Shown here: piece by piece, positions 27,865 through 39,417 of the stretch | Layout of the letters: the number at the start of each line of letters is the position of its first letter | How positions within the stretch are numbered: the first letter of the stretch is position 1 | Assembly: GCF_001194135.2 (NCBI RefSeq) | Contig: NC_069003.1 | Span: forward strand, 30,869,328-30,930,695 | Length of the DNA: 61,368 nt | Direction: 5' to 3' | DNA from: Octopus bimaculoides | Taxonomy: Eukaryota | Notes under the pieces: model-generated | Database searches by the model: none | Told to the model about the DNA's origin: nothing | Seen by the model: the letters and a program-made list of their open reading frames with translations, nothing else | Program-made: the position numbers and the translations under genes

Positions 27865-28060
27865 AGCTGGGACTGGTGCTCCTGACTGGCTCAGTGTGCT
27901 GGTGGCACGTAAAAAGCACCATCTGAATGTGGCCAATGCCAGTACCCCCAGACTGGCTCCCATGCTGGTAGCACATAAAAAGCACCATCTGAATGTGGTC
28001 GATGCCAGGTCTGCCTGACTGACTCCCATGCCGGTGGCACGTAAAAAAGCACCAAACGAT
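27865..28060 (+). mobile_element. Family R segment with three ~66-bp tandem units
   Basis: GGTGGCACGTAAAAAGCACC-type motifs at about 27901, 27967 and 28034. Confidence 0.6.
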
Positions 28061-28294
28061 TGTGACATATATTGCAAGTTATGCCAGCACTATGAAATAC
28101 TAGCAGAAAAGCGATGGTATAGGGACAGACCTGTAAAAATGTTATATCCTTACGCCTCTTATATCATAGTATGGCTGATATTGTCAATGATAGATAAAGA
28201 ATACACTGTAACAGTGTTATAACAATACAAAACAGAAACAACAGCAGTAACAAACACGTAACGAACCAACAATTTTACTAAAATTTTCAGAATT

Positions 28295-28522
28295 GACCCT
28301 TTCGTTACCATATTTATTTTGAGATGCTCTGTGTTTATTTCAATTAGTTTTAAATAAAATAAAGAATTTAGTAAAATAAGTTAGTTATCATTAAGCTGGT
28401 GTTAGGAACATAAATTGTGACTAAGGTTTGGTGGAAGATTTTAATTCAAAACTTATGGAAACAAGACATTTGTACTAAAGAACCAGAGCTGGTTTCAACA
28501 GGGTTGGTATTGAAAGGGTTAA
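28295..28522 (-). mobile_element. piggyBac-like MITE family P2, full copy
   Basis: CCCTTTCGTTACCATATT at the left end and GGTATTGAAAGGG|TTAA at the right; reverse complement of the 38874-39097 copy. Confidence 0.7.
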
Positions 28523-28543
28523 TAGACATAAAAATAATGTTTT

Positions 28544-29310
28544 GCAATTGAAATATGGCAACAAAAGGGTTAAAGGGAACTAACTAAACCTTTCATTACA
28601 ATTTCACATTGATTTATGTTTCAAACACCAGCTTAACAATGCCAAAATTATTTTATCAAATTCTTCATCATTTTCAAAATTAATAGAAGCAAAAACAGCG
28701 TTTTTTTCTTTATTCAAATATGGTAGCAAAAGGGTCAAAGTGATCTAAATCTAAACCTTCCATGAAGATTTCATGTTAATTTATGTTCCAAACACCAGCT
28801 TAGTAACAACAAAGTTATTTTACTAAATTCTTCATTATTTTTTGGAATTTGTTGTTGTTGTTGTTGGCACTCCATCGCTTACGACGTTGAGGGTTCCAGT
28901 CGATCCGATCAACGGAACAGCCTGCTCGTGAAATTAACGTGCAAGTGGCTGAGCACTCCACAGACACGTGTACCCTTAACGTAGTTCTCGGGGAGATTCA
29001 GCGTGACACAGTGTGACAAGGCTGGCCCTTTGGAATTGCAGGCACAACAGAAACAGGAAGTAAGAGTGAGAAAAAGTTGTGGTGAAAGAGTACAGCAGGG
29101 TTCGACACCATCCCCTTCCGGAGCCTCGTGGAGCTTTAGATGTTTTCGCTCAATAAACACTCACAACGCCTGGTCTGGGAATCGAAACTGCGATCCTATG
29201 ACCGTGAGTCCACTGCCCTAACCACTGGGCCATTGCGCCTCCACATTTTGGAATTAATAAAAGAGTAAATGCAGTACTTTTCAATTGAAATATGGTAACA
29301 AAAGAGTTAG
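28544..29310 (+). repeat. Tandem 3' halves of MITE P2 (~165-bp period), third unit interrupted by a SINE
   Basis: Units end AAAAGGG-TTAA (28570), AAAAGGG-TCAA (28735) and AAAAGAG-TTAG (29307). Confidence 0.7.
28850..29245 (-). mobile_element. Young S3-family SINE with (CAA)n tail and 10-bp target-site duplication
   Basis: Head GGAGGCGCAATGGCCCAGTGGTTAGGGC...GTTTCGATTCCC; TSD TTTTGGAATT at 28840-28849 and 29246-29255; CpGs largely intact. Confidence 0.85.
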
Positions 29311-29345
29311 ATATAAAAAAAGGACTGAGTTGAACTGGGCACTTA

Positions 29346-29483
<138 letters not shown>

Positions 29484-30804
29484 TTATTAAACACAGGGAC
29501 ACCGTTACGCATCGAATATATCGTTAAGCATCAAATATACTGTTAAGCATCAAATATATCGTCATTAGTCGAAGTCTATAACGTCATTGTTTATATTTGA
29601 TTTTTGAGTTTTGAATGATGACTATCAAGATGATAATAACAATGTTAACGATGATGAGGATGATAATAATTGTGACGACTATGATGATGATGATGATGAT
29701 TATGATTATTATGATGATATTGCTTTCAGTAAATGATATATTTATTAGATATCAGAAAGAGAGAGAGAGAAAAAGGAAGAAAGTAAAATAGAAAAGAGAG
29801 TAGGGGTCATACAGACGAGAAAGAGAATAGGGTCCAGCCAAAAGAGTATATAACAGTATATAAGGTAGGAACCAAGGGACAATTTATCTCCTGAACATTC
29901 TCACTTGTAGGCCCCGAGTGGTTGAGAGGTAAAGAGGTGCTTTTGGTGGTCAGGGTGACCAAAATGCGTGGGGTGCCTTGGTTGGCCCTGGGTGGAACTC
30001 CCAGCTATTAGAAATTAGAGTTGTTACAGTTTTCTTGTTATTTGTCATTGTTATTTTATTGTTTACGCGTTTTTTTTTTATGTGTGTCCCTTGTTTTGTA
30101 TTGTTCTTATTTGTTTTTGTGTTCAGCCCTTGTGGCCAATAAAGAAACCCCACTACCTGGATTATTTTGGTAAATCACAAACAATGACAATAAGATGAAG
30201 CAAAAAGTGTAAGGAAGGAGAGATGGGGTGGTTGAGAGAGAGAGAGAGGGTGGGACAGGGAGACCTTCCTTCAAAGAAACAAAAAAAAAGGGACAGAGCA
30301 AAATAATAAAAAAAAAACAATAACATGGGGTGGGTGTCAGTGACCAGTCTCTTTACTCCCCCACCCAGCCACTCTATGCCTTGTCTCGGGTGGGGAGGAA
30401 AGAGGAAGGGAGGGCGGAACAGGGGTAGGGGTGTCTGTCTTTTGCTGGCACACAGCTAGACATGCCATAAATATTATAATTACATATTTCTAACCACAAA
30501 CAATGGGAAGCTCAACCCCCCACCACCCACCCACCCCACCACCACCAACAACAACAACACTACAGTTCTTACATTCTCTGACTTGGAAGGAAGGAAAGGA
30601 AGGAAGGAAGGAAAGGAGGAAGGAAGGAAGAAGATAGAAAGAACAGAAAGAAGGAAGGAAGAGAGAAAGAAGGAAGGGAAAAAGAAGGAAGGAAGAAAAG
30701 ACATCAGAACAAATGAATGAATGAAAGAGAGGAAGGAAGAAAGAAAAAAAGAAAGGCAGGGAGGAAGAAAGAGAGAAAGACAGAGTGAAAGAAAGAACAA
30801 GAGT

Positions 30805-30848
<44 letters not shown>

Positions 30849-31384
30849 GGAAGAAAGAAAGAGAAAGAACGAAAGGAAGAAAGAAAGAGAGAAGGAAAGA
30901 GGTAAGGAAGGCAAGGGATAGGCTGCTATGTGGCTTTTGATGAAGGCAAATAGTTTGTTTCTATTGTTTGGAAAGAAGTCAGTTTTTGGGGATGAGAGGC
31001 TGTCGAGTCAGAGCACTGAATGAATGAATAACAATGGTAAAAGGTGGGAAGGTAAGGCTTGTTAGGTGGGAGTGGAGGGGGAAGAAGGAGTGGTCAGTAG
31101 GTTAGAAATATCACTTGTTCTTTGGCCCTCACCTTGCCAACCCAGGACCACCCTCATACAACAATGACAAACCTTATTTTTCTCTTGTTTGTTTTTTGTT
31201 TTTGTTTTTGAGTTGTTTCAATCATTGGATTCCAGCCATGTTGGGGCACCACCTTGATGGGTTCAGCTCAGTGGTTCTCAACAGGGGTCCATATAAGATT
31301 TTGTTGTTAAAGTTTAGGCACAATAAATTGATACACAAAATATTCTGACAATTTTTTTTCAGATCCTTCTGAAGTTCCAAGTGC

Positions 31385-31984
31385 AATGCATACAAAATTT
31401 CCTGCAACTGTCATGGTTTCAGGGGTTGTCAGCAATGAAGGACATGTGATGCCTCCTTACTTCTTTCCACAAGGCCTTAGAGTTAACTCTGCCACCTACA
31501 TTGAGGTCCTGGAAATAATTGTTAAACCCTGGATAGATGGTGTATGCAATGGAAGGCCACATGTGTTTCAGTAAGACTCTGCACTATCACATGACTCTAG
31601 TAACACAGGAATGGATGGCTGAAAATTTTCAAGATCACATAACCCTTAACATTTGACTTCCTAATTCTCCAGATCTTAATTATAACATGTGGAGCATTGT
31701 TAAGAGAGGGGTCAACGAACACGCCCATAACACCAAAGATTCTTTGAAAGCTGTCATGGTCAGAGTAATGTCCAAAATGAACTAGGATCACTTGATTCGA
31801 GCATGTAGATGATTTAGATCTCATATAGAAGCAGTTGTTGGAGCTGAAGGTGGCTTTATTGAATAACATTACAGAAAAGAAGGTTTATTCTTATCCTCAT
31901 AGCATTTCTTGATTACCTGTTATATCATATCTGTTTTTTTTTTATAAACATAAATCTGTCCTCAAGTATCTTACACACCCTGTA
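31385..31984 (+). pseudogene. Tc1/mariner transposase relic (DD37D/maT-like), 3' half with right TIR
   Basis: TKFPATVMVSGVVSNEGHVMPPYFFPQGLRVNSATYIEVLEIIVKPWI...FQ*DSA..QEWMAENF...PNSPDLN..MWSIV...FRSHIEAVVGAEGGFIE*; ends CTTACACACCCTG|TA; contains stops and a frameshift. Confidence 0.85.
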
Positions 31985-32647
31985 TATATACTCATCTATG
32001 TTGTTAGCAAACCCTCTACTCTTAGAGAGAGTGTCACCCCATAAACATCTCGTACTAGAGTGTGAACCTAAAATTCTGAACAGCCTGTTACTTCCAAATT
32101 AATAACAATATGCGACCAGAGTTGACTAATGGCAGCACAGTACTTAAAAACTGTCTCAGACCCCTCCCCATTCAATTCTACAAGCTTGACGAGTCATGTT
32201 TGTTTGATGAGCCTATGATAACTTTTGTATGGAGTCATATCTATTTAAAACAAGAGTCTTGTTTTAAATAGACATGACTCTAAGAATGAACACCATACCT
32301 ACGTAATTCTAACGTCTTTTTAGCTTTTCTTTTTTACCTTTCCTTAATTTTTGCTTCTGACTGAATCCTTTTTGACTACCCAGATTCTTAAAATGAATTT
32401 ATTGTCTTTCTGTATGAAACGATCGTATGGCTACATGAATAAAAATAATTTCAATCCATATTAACATCTAATCTCCTCCATTTACTAAAAATATGATTGA
32501 ACTTTGGTTGAACTTTGTCTTATAAGTTAAATCATATACTTAATATACCTGTGGACCCCTATGATCTCAGCCATTCATATCTTTACTTTTGATTCAATGC
32601 ACACCCTGTAAGTTATAAAGGTTTCCTGTAAGACACATAACACGTAC

Positions 32648-32791
32648 CTTGACAATATAAACTCTCACTAACACCTTGATAGGGTCGTTGCTTGGTAAAC
32701 CTTGGAAAAGGCCGTACTGTGGGTCACCTCCTGTGATAGTCGTATCTTCTATGTCAGGTGGGAGAGGGATCTTGTAGATTTTTAAAGAACC
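32648..32791 (-). CDS. OTOF: Otoferlin-like ferlin exon ([48 protein letters not shown]), start of C2E
   Basis: tttttag|GGT...AAG|gtacgt; 144 nt, phase 0/0; matches otoferlin GSLCVYKVPLP...[23 protein letters not shown]. Confidence 0.95.
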
Positions 32792-33878
32792 CTAAAAAAG
32801 AAAGAAAGAAAAAAACAAACAGAAGTTAAAAATTTACTGATGATTTAACAACAACAGCAACAATAACAATAATGATAATCGTTATTATTTAGACGAACTT
32901 TCCTACTTTTTCGGACAAAACCTTTTGTAACTTTCGTCCTGTCTTTGTCCTTACATGTTTTTTAATTGATATTAGCCCTTGTGGCCAATAAAATGAATTT
33001 ATTATTATTATTATTATTATTTCTGACATTTATGCTTTGGAAAAAAAACAATAGAGATACAGAGAGAGAAAGACAGACAGACTGAAAGCGAGAGNNNNNN
33101 NNNNNNNNNNNNNNNNNNNNNNNNNNNNNNNNNNNNNNNNNNNNNNNNNNNNNNNNNNNNNNNNNNNNNNNNNNNNNNNNNNNNNNNNNNNNNNNNNNNN
33201 NNNNNNNNNNGGAGAGAGGGAGAGGTGGAGAGGGAGAGAGAGAGAGAGAGAGAGATGATTTGTAAAAGTTTGAAAATGTGTCTTTCAGGAGAGTTACATG
33301 TGTAAGCTGATAAAAATTCAGCCCAAAACTTCATTCGTTTTGTATAAGGGAGATAACTAAATATTTTTATACGAGTTACCGTTCTTGAATGGGTTGGCAA
33401 ATTCAATCGAAAACCACTATATGTAAACCGCTGCCCGATCGGCTACAAGCTAAAAACAACAGCTAAATTTGCTGCTTATAACATCGCATCATCTTAGAAA
33501 CTATTGAGGGATGTAGATATAGTCCTAGTTATACCGTATATGAAATAAGGTCCACAACTGGGGCTGTCTCTGATAATAAATCGCTTGACAAAGGCCAGCC
33601 TGAGGCGAAACAGCAATAACAACATCAAGTATGTGTTCTCGATGAGACAAAGAAGAAACCACTTCGATGTTGGTCGACCTGCTGGAAATGACAGTTAAAA
33701 TTACCTGTCATGCCATTTTCTGCACAGGTGTTGACTTACAGTAGATTAAATCGAACATTAACAGTAGTCGTCTTTGATGGCCCGTAAAGGCTGGGATGCC
33801 CTGTCACCTTCCACCAGATCTGGCAACTAAAATAAAAACATGGTCCTAAAAAATTCCTTTCGATGGGACTGCTCAGTT

Positions 33879-34011
33879 GAATCCTGATGCATTTTACTTG
33901 GAATTTCTGGTCCTCCAAAGTCGTCTTGATGTATAAATTCATTTAACCTTTTTTGGGTTGTTAATTTTGGTCGGAAAAATTTGACTCGTATGCTGGAAAA
34001 TGCAGTATAAA
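33879..34011 (-). repeat. ~130-bp interspersed repeat, pogo/Tigger-like terminal fragment
   Basis: Reverse complement TTTATACTGCATTTTCCAGCATACGAGTCAAATTTTTC...GGAGGACCAGAAATTCC aligns by eye with 37571-37701(+). Confidence 0.6.
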
Positions 34012-34197
34012 TTTTCAAGGCAATAAAATTAACAAGAGCCTGGTGTGTGTGTGCACGTATATGTATGTTTGTCTGTATGCTTGTGTGTGTATATGTACGT
34101 ATATATGTGAGCATGTGTGCATACGCACATGTGTGTATGAGTGCATGCATGTGTCTGTGTATGTATAAATGTGTGTGTGCATATGTCTGTGTGCATG

Positions 34198-34264
<67 letters not shown>

Positions 34265-34284
34265 ATTTGCATACGTGTACTTAC

Positions 34285-34419
34285 TTTGAATTTCCCAACA
34301 ACTCTGCTTTCGTCTGCATCATCGCCACTCACTTTCTTCCCTCGATACAACTCGAACGTGTGTAACCAGTCAGTGAAGTTGTTGAATTCGTGCTGGTTTT
34401 CAAGCTCATGAGGGAATAC
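34285..34419 (-). CDS. OTOF: Otoferlin-like ferlin exon ([45 protein letters not shown])
   Basis: ttttag|GTA...AAA|gtaagt; 135 nt, phase 0/0; matches otoferlin [26 protein letters not shown]...IVGRFK. Confidence 0.95.
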
Positions 34420-34485
34420 CTAAAACAATCGACAACAATAGCAATAATAATGACGATGGTGATGATGGTGATGATGATGATAATG

Positions 34486-34922
34486 CTTTCAAATTTCACC
34501 TCAAGTCCAGCAATTTCAGGGAGTGGGGAGATCGATTACATCGATACCAGTGATCCACTGGTACTTATTTTATTGACCCCGAAAGGATGAAAGGCAAAGT
34601 TGATCTTGGTGGAATTTGAACTCAGAACATAAAGACAGACGCAATACCGCTAAGCACTTCACCCAGCAGGCTAACGATCCTGTTAGCGAGCTGCTTTAAT
34701 AGTAATCCTTTCTACGAAAGGCACAAGGAATGAAATTTTGTGGGGAGGGGGTAAATCGATCGCTTTGACTCCAGTGTTTCACTGGTACTTAATCTATTGA
34801 TCCTAAAAGGATGAAAGGTAAAGTCGACCTCAGCAGAATTTGAACTTAAAACGTAAGGGTGGATAAAATGCCATGAAGCATTTTACCCAGCATGCTAACG
34901 GTTCTGCCAGCTTGCTGCCTTA

Positions 34923-34988
<66 letters not shown>

Positions 34989-35465
34989 NNNNNNNNNNNN
35001 NNNNNNNNNNNNNNNNNNNNNNNNNNNNNNNNNNNNNNNNNNNNNNNNNNNNNNNNNNNNNNNNNNNNNNNNNNNNNNNNNNNNNNNNNNNNNNNNNNNN
35101 NNNNNNNNNNNNNNNNNNNNNNNNNNNNNNNNNNNNNNNNNNNNNNNNNNNNNNNNNNNNNNNNNNNNNNNNNNNNNNNNNNNNNNNNNNNNNNNNNNNN
35201 NNNNNNNNNNNNNNNNNNNNNNNNNNNNNNNNNNNNNNNNNNNNNNNNNNNNNNNNNNNNNNNNNNNNNNNNNNNNNNNNNNNNNNNNNNNNNNNNNNNN
35301 NNNNNNNNNNNNNNNNNNNNNNNNNNNNNNNNNNNNNNNNNNNNNNNNNNNNNNNNNNNNNNNNNNNNNNNNNNNNNNNNNNNNNNNNNNNNNNNNNNNN
35401 NNNNNNNNNNNNNNNNNNNNNNNNNNNNNNNNNNNNNNNNNNNNNNNNNNNNNNNNNNNNNNNNN

Positions 35466-35509
<44 letters not shown>

Positions 35510-35514
35510 TAATG

Positions 35515-35582
<68 letters not shown>

Positions 35583-35964
35583 CCTTTCTACTATAGGCAC
35601 AAGGTCTGAAATTTGGGGTAGGGAGGGGACTAGCTGATTACATTGACCCCAGTGTTTCACTGGTACTTAATTTATCGACCCCAAAAGGGTGAAAAGCAAA
35701 GTCGACCTAGGTGGAATTTGAATAATGAATAATAATAATAATAATAATGATTTCAAATTTTTGCCACTAGGGCAACTTGGGGAGGAGATTAATTCGATTA
35801 CATCAACCCCTGTACATAACTGGTACTTAATTGACTATGTAAGGATGAAAGCTAAGTTGACCTTGATGGAATTTGAACTCAGAATGTAGCGATGGGCAAA
35901 ATACCTCTAAGCATTTCGCCCAGCACATAACGATTCTGCCAGTTCACCACCTTTGATGATGATG

Positions 35965-35997
<33 letters not shown>

Positions 35998-36294
35998 GTT
36001 TCAAATTTTAGCACAACGCCAGCAGTTTCAGGGAGGGAGTAAATCAATTATATCAACTCCAGTGATCAACTTATGGCACTTCCGTTATCGATCCCAAAAG
36101 GGCTGAAAGGCAAACTCAACAGGCTAGACGAAATACTTAGTGGTATTTCGTCTGCCACTACGTTCTGGGTTCAAATCCCACCAAGGTTGACTTTGTCTTT
36201 CATCCTTTTGGAGTTGACAAATTAAGTACCAGTGAAATAATGAGGTCGATGTCCCCTCCCCAAAATTTCAGGCCTTGTGCTTATAATAGAAAGG

Positions 36295-36295
<1 letters not shown>
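34486..36295. mobile_element. Cluster of six S2 SINE copies separated by (TAA)n arrays (five minus, one plus)
   Basis: Copies at about 34486-34697, 34704-34921, 35582-35722, 35749-35953 and 35997-36120 (minus), and 36122-36295 (plus), all sharing the S2 core. Confidence 0.8.
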
Positions 36296-36332
<37 letters not shown>

Positions 36333-37570
36333 AATACTAACAGATCAACTACATTTTAAAGTAGATGACACTAAGACTGGATAAGTAAGTCAAGGGAAGC
36401 AATCACCGCATGTAATATGGTATGGGTGAATTCCCTTGTCTAGCATGGCATTTTGATATGCGCAATGTGAAATATATGAATACCAAAATATAAAATATGT
36501 AAATCGGCAATTGTTAATTGGTGAATCACTTGAAACGTGTGTGTGTATGTTTATTGATCTTTTATATTTACTTGTTTCAGTTACTGAACTACCTTCCCGA
36601 ATTTAGTTGAATAAATTGACTAATTTTTTTTTTTAAGCCGGGAACTTATTGTACTGAACCACTAAGTTATGGGGGCGTTTACAAACTAACACCGGTCGTC
36701 AAAGTAGGGATGGGGGACAAACACAAACATAACGACACGTGCAGCTATAAACATATACATACATGTATATGTCCCGCTCTCTCTCAGTATATATATATAN
36801 NNNNNNNNNNNNNNNNNNNNNNNNNNNNNNNNNNNNNNNNNNNNNNNNNNNNNNNNNNNNNNNNNNNNNNNNNNNNNNNNNNNNNNNNNNNNNNNNNNNN
36901 NNNNNNNNNNNNNNNNNNNNNNNNNNNNNNNNNNNNNNNNNNNNNNNNNNNNNNNNNNNNNNNNNNNNNNNNNNNNNNNNNNNNNNNNNNNNNNNNNNNN
37001 NNNNNNNNNNNNNNNNNNNNNNNNNNNNNNNNNNNNNNNNNNNNNNNNNNNNNNNNNNNNNNNNNNNNNNNNNNNNNNNNNNNNNNNNNNNNNNNNNNNN
37101 NNNNNNNNNNNNNNNNNNNNNNNNNNNNNNNNNNNNNNNNNNNNNNNNNNNNNNNNNNNNNNNNNNNNNNNNNNNNNNNNNNNNNNNNNNNNNNNNNNNN
37201 NNNNNNNNNNNNNNNNNNNNNNNNNNNNNNNNNNNNNNNNNNNNNNNNNNNNNNNNNNNNNNNNNNNNNNNNNNNNNNNNNNNNNNNNNNNNNNNNNNNN
37301 NNNNNNNNNNNNNNNNNNNNNNNNNNNNNNNNNNNNNNNNNNNNNNNNNNNNNNNNNNNNNNNNNNNNNNNNNNNNNNNNNNNNNNNNNNNNNNNNNNNN
37401 NNNNNNNNNNNNNNNNNNNNNNNNNNNNNNNNNNNNNNNNNNNNNNNNNNNNNNNNNNNNNNNNNNNNNNNNNNNNNNNNNNNNNNNNNNNNNNNNNNNN
37501 NNNNNNNNNNNNGGCTTAATCCATCTATTATTACATATCAAGATATTTACCAAGTTAAAAGAGATTAGCA

Positions 37571-37701
37571 TTTATACTGTATTTTCCAGCATACAAGTCA
37601 AATTTTTCAAATCACAATTTACAGCCAAAATGAGATTGGTTGACTTACATAACTAAATGATTTTTGAGGATTAGAAATTCCATGGGAAATGCAGCAGGAT
37701 T
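37571..37701 (+). repeat. Second copy of the pogo/Tigger-like fragment
   Basis: TTTATACTGTATTTTCCAGCATACAAGTCAAATTTTTC...TGAGGATTAGAAATTCC. Confidence 0.6.
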
Positions 37702-38576
37702 TGGAAAGGTAGCGACAATGTTTGAATGTTTACACCACATGTCTACACTATGTGCTATGTTGACTTGTATACCAGAAAATATTTACGCTTTTAGGTTTTA
37801 ATATGTTGTGAGATGGTTATTTGAAAATATTTATTAACATTGAATGAGTAGAAATCAGAATTTAGAAATGAGATAATCTGATCAAGTATGAAAACAAAAA
37901 TAAACACAGTAAAATAGAAACATTAAGATGAGAGATTTTGAAAACAAGAGAAAGTAAGAAAATATACATCGTGATGTTTCATACATTTAAAAATGAAAAA
38001 AAAAAAAAAAGAAAAATCATTTATTTTGCTTAATCCTTTAGCTGTGAAATTAAATTTCTGGTTATTCGAATAACAATGTTAAACATCAGCCAAAAAAAAT
38101 AGAACTGTTATTTTCTGCAAGTCACACTACTTCAACAAACTTGCCATATCGCAACAGGAAATAATTTCAGACATGACATTCCTCAACAAAATACAGATTG
38201 GTATATAAAACTACTTTCTGTTGTTAAAGGTAATGAAATTTTGAGTGGGCATATTTGATTTCTGCAGCAAAAGGGTTAAAATGAAGTAGGAAACATTGGA
38301 TAATGTAGTCCTGAATTCAGTGTGTCTGGAAAAAAAGTAGGACAGTCATGGTTGGAATGTCTTTGATCACAAGTTTGATGAAGTCCCTTAACACTTTAAC
38401 AGTGAAATTAGATTCCAAAATTGTTCCAATAATGAAGTTAAATATCTACCAAAAATTAGAAATGGTATTTTCTGCAACTTATATTGCCTCAATAAACTTG
38501 CCATATTTCAACAGAAAATAGTTTCAAATATGGCATCACTCAACAAAAACAGAATGGTATATAAAACGGTAGTTAA

Positions 38577-38638
38577 AGGGGATTAATGTTAAATATAGGG
38601 GATTAATGTTAAATATAGGGGATTAATGTTAAATATAG
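38577..38638. repeat. Perfect 20-bp minisatellite x3 (AGGGGATTAATGTTAAATAT)
   Basis: Directly visible. Confidence 0.9.
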
Positions 38639-38873
38639 ACAGAGAAGAAAGTATTCAATTTATGATGTAAAGCTGGTTTATTTGTTTAAAACTTATGATT
38701 AACTCTGTGTGTAACTTTTATTAAATTAATGTCTATATTTAATGTAGAAAAATATGCATTTTCTAAACAATCCTAAATTCACCAATCAATTAATATTTGA
38801 AGAAAGGATTCTTCAAATGGCTGAAAAACTGAAAGGAAATACATATAAAGTTCATTTATTTATTTTTCATTCA

Positions 38874-39417
38874 CCCTTTTGGTACCAACTCGCCTGAGAC
38901 TGTCCCTGGTCATTTGATACAAACTTCCTCTTTTTAAAGAAACTTAAACCCAAAATTTCCATTAAAATTCCATGTTAATTTATGTCTCAAACTCTAACTT
39001 ATTAATGATAGAGTTATTTTTATGAAATCCTTCATTATTTTTTTAATTAATTAAAGCAAATGCAGTGTGCTGCAATTGGAGTATGGTAATGAAAGGGTTA
39101 AAGTGATCAAAATTAAGACCTTTCATTAAAATATGCTAATTAATGTTCCAGGCATCAGCTTAATAAGTATCATTATCTCACTAAATTCTTCATTATTTTC
39201 GAAATTAATAAAAAGAAAGGCAGTGAATTTCGATAGAAAAATAGTAATGAAAGGTTTAAAGTGATCTAAATTAAAATCTCTCCAAATTTCATGCTAATTA
39301 ATGTTCCAAACATCAGCTTAATAATTATTGTTATATCTCTAAATTCTTCAACATTTTCAAAATGAATTTAAACAAAGGCAGTGAATTTCAATTGGAATTT
39401 GGTAACAAAAGGGTTAA
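38874..39417 (+). mobile_element. MITE P2 full copy (38874-39097) followed by two tandem 158-bp 3' halves
   Basis: TTAA at 38934 (internal), 39098, 39256 and 39414; each extra unit starts AGTGATC after TTAA and ends in AAAGG(G/T)TTAA. Confidence 0.75.

Noticed and set aside
29170-29245. tRNA-like sequences (also near 55286, 5432 and 60661)
   Set aside because: A/B-box heads run into SINE bodies and tails, with no complete cloverleaf or terminator; treated as SINE heads.
33590-33615. GGCC..GGCGAAAC resembling a hammerhead stem II/GAAA
   Set aside because: No CUGANGA box and incomplete stem; too degenerate to call.
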